Positions 17,364 through 25,296 of a stretch of 33,023 nt of DNA are shown here, piece by piece. Position numbers and translations under genes: made by a program. The DNA is taken from contig JALTRC010000136.1 in assembly GCA_026998145.1 (NCBI GenBank), positions 1 to 33,023 of the forward strand, read 5' to 3'. The notes beneath the pieces were generated by a model. It saw nothing but the letters and a program-made list of their open reading frames with translations, did no database searches and had not been told where the DNA came from. Origin of the DNA: Gammaproteobacteria bacterium (lineage in GTDB: Bacteria > Pseudomonadota > Gammaproteobacteria > SZUA-229). Within the stretch, counting starts at the first letter, position 1, and each line of letters opens with the position of its first letter.

Positions 17364-18920
17364 ATGGCTCAGATAGTCCCCGGTAGCAACACCTATTCCC
17401 ATACCAGTCAATTTAAGTTAAAGCTGGATCATGAGCAGGATTCATTTTCCGATAGCCACGGCACTATCTATAAAATTGCTCTGGGCCTGTTCAGCCTGCT
17501 GGCTTATGCCTATCTATTGTTCTTTCCTTTCATGACCCTGCTGCTTGGCTGGTTGATTCTGGAGCAGGCACAGCAACTTAATGGTTATCTGGATTATGTG
17601 TTATTTGCCACAGAATTAACCGGCATCATAATAACGGCGCGCGTCAGTCTCTTTCTTTACCAGCTGTCCTTTCCATTGCCAGATGGCAACTGCCTGCAAG
17701 AAACGCAGGCCCCCTATTTATATGCGCTGGTTAAAGAAGCACAGCTGGAGAGCCACTCGCCCGACATACACAACATCTGCATTAGCCGCTTATATGAATC
17801 AAAAATAATCCGCACACCCACCAACGGCTATGCTTTCCGTTTTTCCAATACTCTGGTTCTTGGCCTGCCTTTAATTCAAAGCCTGTCCACACAACAGCTC
17901 AAAGCCATTATCAAGCGGGAACTTTTACACATTGCTGATATTAGCCATCATATTGATGGCTGGTTTTACAGCTTAAGAAATATATGGCAACAGTATCAAC
18001 AATTACCCCGTGATGCCTGGTCACTCAACCTGCTTTTTATACAACTGTTTTTTTCCTGGTATGCGCCCCTGTATAAACTGCTATCTCAGGCCGCCGCGCG
18101 CCATGAAGAGCTGTATGTTGACAGGGAAATTTATCAGCAGAATCACCATGACAGTCTGGTCGATATTTTAACAACCATGGGCATCAGCAAGGCTTTTTTA
18201 AATGAGCAACATTTTCCTCATTTGCTGAACAAGGCCTACAAACATGAGTTTCCGCCCTACTTTCCCTATGAAAGTTTTGAACGCAATCTACGCACCAAAA
18301 TTGACAGTGAATTCTGCCAGCGATGGCTGGATAAAACCCTTAACCAAACCGACACCAGCAAGGACTTTCCAGAATTAAAACAGCGGATTTTTAATCTTGG
18401 CCTGGATACCATCTGGTTGCCGGATATGCACAATGTATCCAGTGCCAGCAAGTTACTGGATGAAAATCTGTTTTTACTTTGTCAGCAACTGGATGACAAC
18501 TGGTTTAAATACAATGAAGCCGAGTGGAATACTCGATTCAAAACCGGTCAGGGCGAACAGAATAAACTCAAGGAGTATCATGTTCTGCTCAAACAGAAAA
18601 TTCTTTCCGAACAGAAAACCTGGGAATATATTCAGCTGATTAAAAAATATCTGGATGAAGCTGACACCATCGATTTATACAGGCAGATATTAAAAACTGA
18701 TTTCAAAGACCCACGCATCAGCTTTGAAATTGGCCGTAAACTGCTAAAACAACTTGACCCTGATGGCATTGACGCCATGCACCTCACCATCGAACTGGAC
18801 AGCACCTATACCGTGATGAGCTGCCAGTTACTGACAAAATATTACAGCCAGATCGGTGATAAAAAGATGGCGCAAAGCTATCGACGCCGCGCCCTGGAAT
18901 ATCAGGTGGAAGCCGCCTGA
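17364..18920 (+). CDS. Membrane protein with an M48-peptidase-like core in which HExxH reads RExxH, plus a helical-repeat C-terminal region
   Basis: 518 aa with two N-terminal TM segments. The segment LVLGLPLIQSLSTQQLKAIIKRELLHIADISHH resembles the M48/M56 block (..Ls..EL.AvlaHElgHi..), but the first zinc-ligand His is Arg (codons 17916..17930). GAGGAAG Shine-Dalgarno upstream. Confidence 0.6.
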   Translation: MAQIVPGSNTYSHTSQFKLKLDHEQDSFSDSHGTIYKIALGLFSLLAYAYLLFFPFMTLLLGWLILEQAQQLNGYLDYVLFATELTGIIITARVSLFLYQLSFPLPDGNCLQETQAPYLYALVKEAQLESHSPDIHNICISRLYESKIIRTPTNGYAFRFSNTLVLGLPLIQSLSTQQLKAIIKRELLHIADISHHIDGWFYSLRNIWQQYQQLPRDAWSLNLLFIQLFFSWYAPLYKLLSQAAARHEELYVDREIYQQNHHDSLVDILTTMGISKAFLNEQHFPHLLNKAYKHEFPPYFPYESFERNLRTKIDSEFCQRWLDKTLNQTDTSKDFPELKQRIFNLGLDTIWLPDMHNVSSASKLLDENLFLLCQQLDDNWFKYNEAEWNTRFKTGQGEQNKLKEYHVLLKQKILSEQKTWEYIQLIKKYLDEADTIDLYRQILKTDFKDPRISFEIGRKLLKQLDPDGIDAMHLTIELDSTYTVMSCQLLTKYYSQIGDKKMAQSYRRRALEYQVEAA

Positions 18921-18991
18921 AAACCCCTTTTCCAACAGGAACGCCAATCATTGTATAATGCAGCCTTTAATCGATCAGATATAGGCATCTT

Positions 18992-19765
18992 ATGAGCTGG
19001 TGGGGAAAAATTATAGGCGGTGGTTTTGGCTTTTTAATGGGAGGCCCCCTGGGCGCCCTGCTGGGAGCCTCCTTCGGCCACCAGTTTGATAAAGGCATAT
19101 CCGGCCTTGGTGATCTGGATGTAGGTGATCCACAACGCACACAGGCGGCTTTCTTTACTGCCTGTTTTTCCATTATGGGCCACCTGGCCAAGGCCGATGG
19201 CCATGTGAGCAAGGCAGAAATCAGCCTGGCCCAGCAGGTCATGGGGCAGATGAATCTGGACCCGGAACAACGCAAGGCCGCCATTGAGCTGTTTAATCAG
19301 GGCAAGCAGGATGACTTCCCGCTGGATGAGGTGCTGGAACAGTTTCGTCAGGAATGCCACCGTCGCCGTAATTTAATTCAGATGTTTATGGAGATTCTCA
19401 TCTCCACCGCCATGGCCGATGGCAAAATTGATAGTGCCGAGAAGCAGGTACTGCTTCATATTGGCGGCAAGCTGAATTTTGATCAGGCCCAGCTTGAACA
19501 GCTGATTAATATGGTATCCGCCCAGCACAGTTACGCCGGCCCGCAAAGCGGCCAGGCCAGCCTTGAAGATGCCTATGCACTGCTGGGAGTTTCATCTTCC
19601 GCCTCCGATGCAGAAGTTAAAAAGGCCTATCGCCGGCTGATGAGCCAGCATCACCCGGATAAACTGGTATCCAAAGGCCTGCCGGAAGAAATGATTAAAC
19701 TGGCCACCGAAAAAACCCAGGAAATCAAGGCCGCCTACGAACAGATTAAGGCCTCGCGGAAATAA
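18992..19765 (+). CDS. djlA: Co-chaperone DjlA (membrane-anchored J-domain protein)
   Basis: 257 aa. The N-terminus MSWWGKIIGGGFGFLMGGPLGALLG matches the DjlA Gly-rich TM anchor. There is a central TerB-like region and a C-terminal J domain (DAYALLGVSSSASDAEVKKAYRRLMSQHHPDKL). A perfect TATAAT lies at 18954..18959 upstream. Confidence 0.85.
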   Translation: MSWWGKIIGGGFGFLMGGPLGALLGASFGHQFDKGISGLGDLDVGDPQRTQAAFFTACFSIMGHLAKADGHVSKAEISLAQQVMGQMNLDPEQRKAAIELFNQGKQDDFPLDEVLEQFRQECHRRRNLIQMFMEILISTAMADGKIDSAEKQVLLHIGGKLNFDQAQLEQLINMVSAQHSYAGPQSGQASLEDAYALLGVSSSASDAEVKKAYRRLMSQHHPDKLVSKGLPEEMIKLATEKTQEIKAAYEQIKASRK

Positions 19766-19840
19766 AGAGACCTTTTAATCAGCTGGTTTTTTAACGCCCC
19801 TGGCAGCTCTAATATAAGCGATCAACAATCAGGAATTATT

Positions 19841-20173
19841 ATGCAAATCGATGGCCCTTTTACCGTTAATGTTATTGAGAACACCGATACCCAGATGCGC
19901 GAACTGCATCTGGGTTTTACTCCTGCCTTTCGCGCCCTGGAGGCCGACACGCAAATCGAACAATATCGCGCTTATATCAGTCAGTTGCAAAATGATATTT
20001 TAAAAACTGATGATGAAGCCAGCCGTCAGGGCATGCTGACCATCCAGCAAATTGCCGAGCAGCTACTGCCCCATCTGGAAGCGGGGGAGATTCCGCTGGA
20101 TGAAACCATTATTGTGGAAATGGGCCCGGCATCTCCCTTCGACAGCATTTTAAGCAGCGCCACCCTGAAGTAG
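19841..20173 (+). CDS. Hypothetical protein (110 aa)
   Basis: ORF with an AGGAA Shine-Dalgarno-like sequence and no recognisable motif. Its stop lies 1 nt from the stop of the convergent J-domain gene. Confidence 0.5.
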   Translation: MQIDGPFTVNVIENTDTQMRELHLGFTPAFRALEADTQIEQYRAYISQLQNDILKTDDEASRQGMLTIQQIAEQLLPHLEAGEIPLDETIIVEMGPASPFDSILSSATLK

Positions 20174-20174
20174 T

Positions 20175-20879
20175 TCAGGACAATAAAACATCCCGCGCTT
20201 CATTGATTTTGGCAGCCAGATAATCCGAGCCGCCCCGATCCGGATGCAGGCGCTGAATTAAGCGCTTATGTGCTTTTAGAATCGTTTTCTTATCCGCATT
20301 TTCATCCAGCCCTAAAATATCAGCCGCCTCTTTTTTCGACATGGCCCCACTGGCCTGCGTCGACTCCTGCCGGGTATTGCCCTGATAGTCCTGTCGCCAC
20401 CGGGGATAAACCGAATCCATATAAGCAGCCATCAGAGAAACACTGCGAGCATCCGACTGGCACTCCTGTAAAAACGCCATGCATTCCTGCTGGCTCATGG
20501 ATGCCAGGCTGCGCCCCTGAAACTGCCCCTGTAAAACCTGCCCGCTGAGCTGGCCGTTTTTCTGATCGATCACCAGCAATAAAAAGGCGGTCTGCATTTT
20601 AGATTTTGCGCCACGCATATTCTGAAACTGGCGCAGTAATGGCCATAACTTCATTGCCGTATTCATTAAACGGGGCATGGCCGCCAGAGAGGCGGTAATC
20701 GCCGCCACCAGCCAGCTAAGCCTGCCGGTTACCGTTAAAATCAGCAATATCAGCAGAAAAACGCCCATCATTGTCCACAGGGCCATTTTTTTACGCTGCT
20801 GTGCATCCAGCTTCTGATAGCGTTTATAGGCCAGAAACAGAGCCATTCCGGCCAGAATTAGAATTATTAAACGCGCCAC
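20175..20879 (-). CDS. Membrane-anchored J-domain protein (DnaJ-like, C-terminal J domain)
   Basis: 234 aa. Three N-terminal hydrophobic segments and a C-terminal J domain (KKEAADILGLDENADKKTILKAHKRLIQRLHPDRGGSDYLAAKINEARDVLL) with the HPD motif. Confidence 0.8.
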   Translation of the reverse strand: MARLIILILAGMALFLAYKRYQKLDAQQRKKMALWTMMGVFLLILLILTVTGRLSWLVAAITASLAAMPRLMNTAMKLWPLLRQFQNMRGAKSKMQTAFLLLVIDQKNGQLSGQVLQGQFQGRSLASMSQQECMAFLQECQSDARSVSLMAAYMDSVYPRWRQDYQGNTRQESTQASGAMSKKEAADILGLDENADKKTILKAHKRLIQRLHPDRGGSDYLAAKINEARDVLLS

Positions 20880-21028
20880 AACACCATCCTAATCAATTGT
20901 TTTTCCTATCATAAACGATTTGCAGGGCGGCTCATACGGCGACAGGTGGCAGCTTTATTTTCAGTCATCCTGGAATTAACCGGCTATAGTCAGGTCTATA
21001 CAGCTGTGTATGACCCCAGGAGATTGAT

Positions 21029-21319
21029 ATGTGTAGCACACCCAAAGGACGTGGCGGACGCCCCCACCATTCATCAGCAGTGAATGGCGTAACCAGTAAT
21101 ATGAGCGCGGCAGAATATAGCTCGATGGTACAAAGAGCCAATGAAAGTTATGAGCGGCGTCAACAGGAGCTGGCCGAGATACGCGCTGCACGCAAGCTGA
21201 GCCAGCAGCTACAGAAACCCCATGCTCAACATCAGGAAAATACTGGCGGCTTAATGCATCAGTTTAACAACTGGTTAAAACAGCTGTTTCACAGTCATTC
21301 AGCCCAGCCTAAACACTGA
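21029..21319 (+). CDS. Possible small basic, Gln-rich protein (96 aa)
   Basis: There is a strong Shine-Dalgarno (AGGAG, 6-nt spacer) before the ATG at 21029. Its 3' end overlaps the convergent pyruvate kinase 3' end by 11 nt. No homology recognisable, so it could be non-coding. Confidence 0.4.
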   Translation: MCSTPKGRGGRPHHSSAVNGVTSNMSAAEYSSMVQRANESYERRQQELAEIRAARKLSQQLQKPHAQHQENTGGLMHQFNNWLKQLFHSHSAQPKH

Positions 21320-22757
21320 GCATTTTCATCACCGGCATATTCAGATTTTCATCATCGTGAAAACCGGACACCAGCAAAACCCGGTGGCCGGTTTTTAATA
21401 AAGAACTGTGCACCGAAATTTCCTTACACACATCGGCCCAGTCGTGGGTGACCTTTTCTTCAATATGATAGGGAATAACGCCCCAGTGTAATGACAGGCG
21501 ACGACACACTCGCGCATCCGCACACACACCCACCAGCGGCGAGGTAGGACGATCCGCCGCCAGCACAATCGCCGTAGATCCACTGCGCGTGGGCACAATA
21601 ATGCCCTGCAATTTTAATTCAAGACACAGGCTGGTTACCGCATGGGAAATCGCCTTGCGCTCAGTGGTTGATGAAGTTGCTGTTTCATTGTAATCCACCT
21701 CTCCAAAATGCCCCTTTAACCACTGGTGCGTTTCCATTTCCCGTACAATACTGTCCATGGTTCTCACCGCTTTAAGCGGATATTTTCCGGTGGCGGTTTC
21801 TGCCGATAACATTACCGCATCAGCCGATGATAAAGCGGCTCCCGCCACATCCCCCACCTCTGCCCGGGTAGGCCGCGAGTTGCTAATCATGGATTCCAGC
21901 ATTTGCGTGGCGACAATCACCGGGCGATTAAAACAGCGGGCTCGATTAATCAGCTCTTTTTGAATCAACGGCACTTTTTGTGCCGGCAACTCTATACCCA
22001 GATCACCCCGAGCCACCATAATGCCGTGGGACACGGTTAAAATTTCATCAATGTTTTTGATGGCTTCCGGTTTTTCAATTTTGGCAATCACCGGAATGTC
22101 CCCGCCATGTTTTTTTATAAAACGATTCAGGCTTTGAATATCTTTAGCTTCACGAACAAAACTCAGGGCAACAAAATCCACCTGCTCCTTTATCGCCAGC
22201 TCCGCATCTTTTTTATCTTTTGCAGTAAAACTGGAAGTTGAGACACTGGAGTCTGGCAAATTCATGCCCTTGTTGTCTTTTAGTTCTCCACCATACACCA
22301 CTTCACAAATTACATTTTTATCTTTAATGCGTATAACTTTTAATTCAAAGTTGCCATCATCCAGTAAAATTCGATCGCCTTTTTTCACATCTTTATATAA
22401 ATTTTTATACTGGGAAACAATCAGCCCCGGCTCACCCAGTTTAGCGGTACAACTCAGCAGCACCTGCTCTCTTGCCTTAAGATTAATTGCCCCATCTTTA
22501 AATTTTCCCACCCGAATTTTAGGCCCGCACAAATCCATTAAAATCGCCGTATGCCGATTTAATGCGCGAGACACTTTACGAATTTTTTTCACCGAAGTGG
22601 AATGCTGCTGGTGACTGCCATGAGACATATTCAAACGAAAAACATCAACGCCGGCCTTAATTAAAGAGGCAATACTTTTTTCAGTATCCGTTGCCGGGCC
22701 AAGGGTGGCGATAATTTTTGTTCGACGCCAATAAAGTAGATTTTTCTGCTTATTCAT
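21309..22757 (-). CDS. pyk: Pyruvate kinase
   Basis: Conserved blocks: RRTKIIATLGPA, FRLNMSHGS, LCGPKIRVG, MVARGDLGIELP, VIVATQMLESM. The ORF track starts at GTG 22772. I prefer the ATG at 22757 (MNKQKNLLYWRRTKII..), which fits the usual pyruvate kinase N-terminal length. Confidence 0.9.
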   Translation of the reverse strand: MNKQKNLLYWRRTKIIATLGPATDTEKSIASLIKAGVDVFRLNMSHGSHQQHSTSVKKIRKVSRALNRHTAILMDLCGPKIRVGKFKDGAINLKAREQVLLSCTAKLGEPGLIVSQYKNLYKDVKKGDRILLDDGNFELKVIRIKDKNVICEVVYGGELKDNKGMNLPDSSVSTSSFTAKDKKDAELAIKEQVDFVALSFVREAKDIQSLNRFIKKHGGDIPVIAKIEKPEAIKNIDEILTVSHGIMVARGDLGIELPAQKVPLIQKELINRARCFNRPVIVATQMLESMISNSRPTRAEVGDVAGAALSSADAVMLSAETATGKYPLKAVRTMDSIVREMETHQWLKGHFGEVDYNETATSSTTERKAISHAVTSLCLELKLQGIIVPTRSGSTAIVLAADRPTSPLVGVCADARVCRRLSLHWGVIPYHIEEKVTHDWADVCKEISVHSSLLKTGHRVLLVSGFHDDENLNMPVMKMLSV

Positions 22758-22849
22758 TATTGTATTTATCACTCTGCATCAGAACCGGTGAAGCGGCTCT
22801 GATATATTTCAACACTTTTAAATTGACGGGACGTCAGAAAAAAACAGAC

Positions 22850-23125
22850 TTATTTAATCTCTTCAATATAGGTACGGGCAATGGGCGTTTGCACATAAAA
22901 CTTTTTACCATTCTGGCTGGCCCAGAAAAAATAATACCCCTTGCCCGGCTCCGAGGTCACCTTGCCATCCCGCACTGTCCAGCTTTTTACATGATCCCCG
23001 GCGGCATAGGTGACTTTATAATCTCCTTCCAGCCAGGATACGCCCATACGTGACAAACGATTCTGCTGTTCTTCACTACAGGCATTCAGTAATAACAGGC
23101 TGCTTAATAGCAAAAATAATCTCAT
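22850..23125 (-). CDS. Small lipoprotein (91 aa), co-transcribed with the chemoreceptor
   Basis: Signal peptide with lipobox MRLFLLLSSLLLLNAC. AGGAGA Shine-Dalgarno 5-6 nt upstream. The start lies 8 nt after the MCP stop. Confidence 0.68.
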   Translation of the reverse strand: MRLFLLLSSLLLLNACSEEQQNRLSRMGVSWLEGDYKVTYAAGDHVKSWTVRDGKVTSEPGKGYYFFWASQNGKKFYVQTPIARTYIEEIK

Positions 23126-23133
23126 AGTCTCTC

Positions 23134-24627
23134 CTAAAACAAATCAATTTCACCGGCTGGCGCAGCAACACTTTCAAAGCGCTGCTTCTCATCTACAATC
23201 GAATCCAGTATCTGCATCAAGTCACTGCTGGCCTGCTCCGCCTGCTCCATGGTATCAATGATCTGTTGTTGTAATTGTGTATTAAATGTCCAGTCTTCAC
23301 TCAGCAAATGCAGTACATTGCGCACACTCTGATGCACCTGTGCATGAGGCTCGGTAATTTTATTATAGGCAGGTAGATGTCGATACTGTGCACCGCCGGT
23401 TTCTTCCTGTAACCATTGTCCAAATCGGCAGCCATGCTCATCCACCATGACCGCCTGGGCATTTTCTGAATCTGACCCCTGGTCAATTGCACCATAGGCC
23501 CGCTGTAAGTAGACCATATGATCCACCTTGGCCAGGGAGATATAACACACCATGCTGGCATTGGTGACAATTTCCAGCGTACTCTGGGATATATCGGAAA
23601 AGTCTGCAAAATTCTGTTCAAAGCTGGAAATCAGTCGCGAAGACTCCTGAATCAGTTCATTCATTTGTGCAGAGTTGCGCGAGGTGACCTCACTGGCATT
23701 TAATAGCCGCTTGATAATGCCATCAATTTTATCTGTGGCTTCTTTGGTGTTGGATGCCAGGGCGCGCACCTCATCAGCAACCACAGCAAAACCCCGGCCA
23801 TGCTCACCAGCCCTGGCCGCTTCTATGGCCGCATTCAAAGCCAGTAAATTAGTCTGGTCGGCAATGGTGGCAATAAACGTAATAATCTGGGAGATTTCAT
23901 CACTGCTTTGATCCAGATCCGCCGAGGAAGCTTCCAGCTCGGTAATTTTTTCCAGCACCTGCCGGGTATTCTGTACCACACTATTGACTGCCACCTTACT
24001 TTCAATGGCATTGTCTACAGATTTTTTTGAGGTTACTTCTACCGTTGCCATTTCATCCGCAATATTACGAATATCATTTTGGGTGGATTGCAGTTTATCC
24101 AGCAGATTACCGGTTCTCATGCGATTCAGTTTCAGGCCCATCGCCTCTTTATGGTTATGCCAGAAAGATTCCTCTATTGCATCATATGACACCTGAATGG
24201 TATTCATGGATGAATGAAATAAGCCTTTTAAACCCTGAGGCATAATCTTACGATAAAACAGATCTTTTTCAGCATGGCAGGCAACCGTTTTAATTTCCCG
24301 CATATAGGTTTCTATCTGATCCATGGCATCATTTAATGCCCAGGCGGTTTTGGCCATAAAGGAATGCTCTGGAATATTCATAATGCGATATTCCAGCTCC
24401 CCCTGCCGAAGCTGATCGGCCAGCTGATAAATATTGCTGCTCAGTTGACGGTTTTCACTAATCTTCTGCCAGGATAACCAGGCTGAAAATAGCGCTGCGA
24501 CAGCAAAGCCAATAACCACCTCGTCCAGTCCGTACTGAACAGTGACATAAACAAAAGCCGAAATAATAATAATCAGCCGTAAAACAACCAGCTGCTGGGA
24601 GCTAAATCTTGAAAATAAATTCTTCAT
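23134..24627 (-). CDS. Methyl-accepting chemotaxis protein with a TM hairpin and a C-terminal CZB (chemoreceptor zinc-binding) domain
   Basis: 497 aa. Two adjacent TM segments near the N-terminus. The highly conserved MCP signalling tip is present: [37 protein letters not shown]. The C-terminal H..(26 residues)..[14 protein letters not shown] pattern is typical of CZB domains, and the protein ends GEIDLF. Confidence 0.9.
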   Translation of the reverse strand: MKNLFSRFSSQQLVVLRLIIIISAFVYVTVQYGLDEVVIGFAVAALFSAWLSWQKISENRQLSSNIYQLADQLRQGELEYRIMNIPEHSFMAKTAWALNDAMDQIETYMREIKTVACHAEKDLFYRKIMPQGLKGLFHSSMNTIQVSYDAIEESFWHNHKEAMGLKLNRMRTGNLLDKLQSTQNDIRNIADEMATVEVTSKKSVDNAIESKVAVNSVVQNTRQVLEKITELEASSADLDQSSDEISQIITFIATIADQTNLLALNAAIEAARAGEHGRGFAVVADEVRALASNTKEATDKIDGIIKRLLNASEVTSRNSAQMNELIQESSRLISSFEQNFADFSDISQSTLEIVTNASMVCYISLAKVDHMVYLQRAYGAIDQGSDSENAQAVMVDEHGCRFGQWLQEETGGAQYRHLPAYNKITEPHAQVHQSVRNVLHLLSEDWTFNTQLQQQIIDTMEQAEQASSDLMQILDSIVDEKQRFESVAAPAGEIDLF

Positions 24628-25120
24628 AGGACATATGCTTATTATTTAATAATTGATTAAGTAAATCAGTGGATGCATTAATGGCACCTTTGGCACCCGC
24701 CTGCTTTTCTGCCTGCAACATATCCTGGTATAAAGGCTTAATAATATTAAGCGCCTCAAGCCGCGGTTTGCGGCGCACCGAATAATAACCCAGCAACTGC
24801 CCTGCTGAGGAATAACTGGGTGTGACATTGGCAAATACCCAGTAGTAAGAACCATCTGTACAGATATTTTTAATATAGCCATTAAATTCATATCTGGCTT
24901 GCAGGGTTTGCCAGAGCAGATGAAAAACGCCTCTGGGCATATCCGGGTGACGCACAATATTATGCTGCTGCCCCAGCAACTGCTGCTGGTTATAACCGGC
25001 ATATTCCATAAATATCTGGTTAAAATAAGTCAGCCGACCTTTGGGGTCGGTTTTGGATACGATAAAGTCTTCATCCCTTAAGACTTTTTCGGTTTGGGTG
25101 GGGGTGATTTTGGCTTTCAT
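24602..25120 (-). CDS. Stand-alone Aer-type PAS domain protein (FAD-binding type)
   Basis: 172 aa. [76 protein letters not shown] matches the Aer PAS signature (..HN.VRHPDMP..W..KNRRK.G..YWV.A). It overlaps the MCP start by 26 nt in a different frame. Confidence 0.85.
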   Translation of the reverse strand: MKAKITPTQTEKVLRDEDFIVSKTDPKGRLTYFNQIFMEYAGYNQQQLLGQQHNIVRHPDMPRGVFHLLWQTLQARYEFNGYIKNICTDGSYYWVFANVTPSYSSAGQLLGYYSVRRKPRLEALNIIKPLYQDMLQAEKQAGAKGAINASTDLLNQLLNNKHMSYEEFIFKI

Positions 25121-25296
25121 GACTCAGCTTTATTGACGGTTTAATATTGTTTTTATTTAACATCTGATAATAGTCGAATATCGGCCATTTAACGGATTTT
25201 TCCAGTTTTATTTCACCGCCCTCCTGTCAACCTATCTTATCCGGCTGCGTTATTACTCCCACAAGCCATACATTTACCCATAAAAAGGAGTCAATC

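Noticed and set aside
22758-22772. GTG start at 22772 for pyruvate kinase
   Set aside because: The ATG five codons downstream gives the usual short N-terminus before the RRTKI(I/V)ATLGP block. This is not decisive and either start is possible.
23301-25081. Internal ORFs within the MCP and PAS genes on either strand (23301..23621, 23518..23703, 23675..23911, 23984..24196, 24027..24245, 24646..25002, 24899..25081)
   Set aside because: They are nested in ORFs that carry unambiguous MCP and Aer-PAS signatures. They have no motifs of their own and show biased composition.
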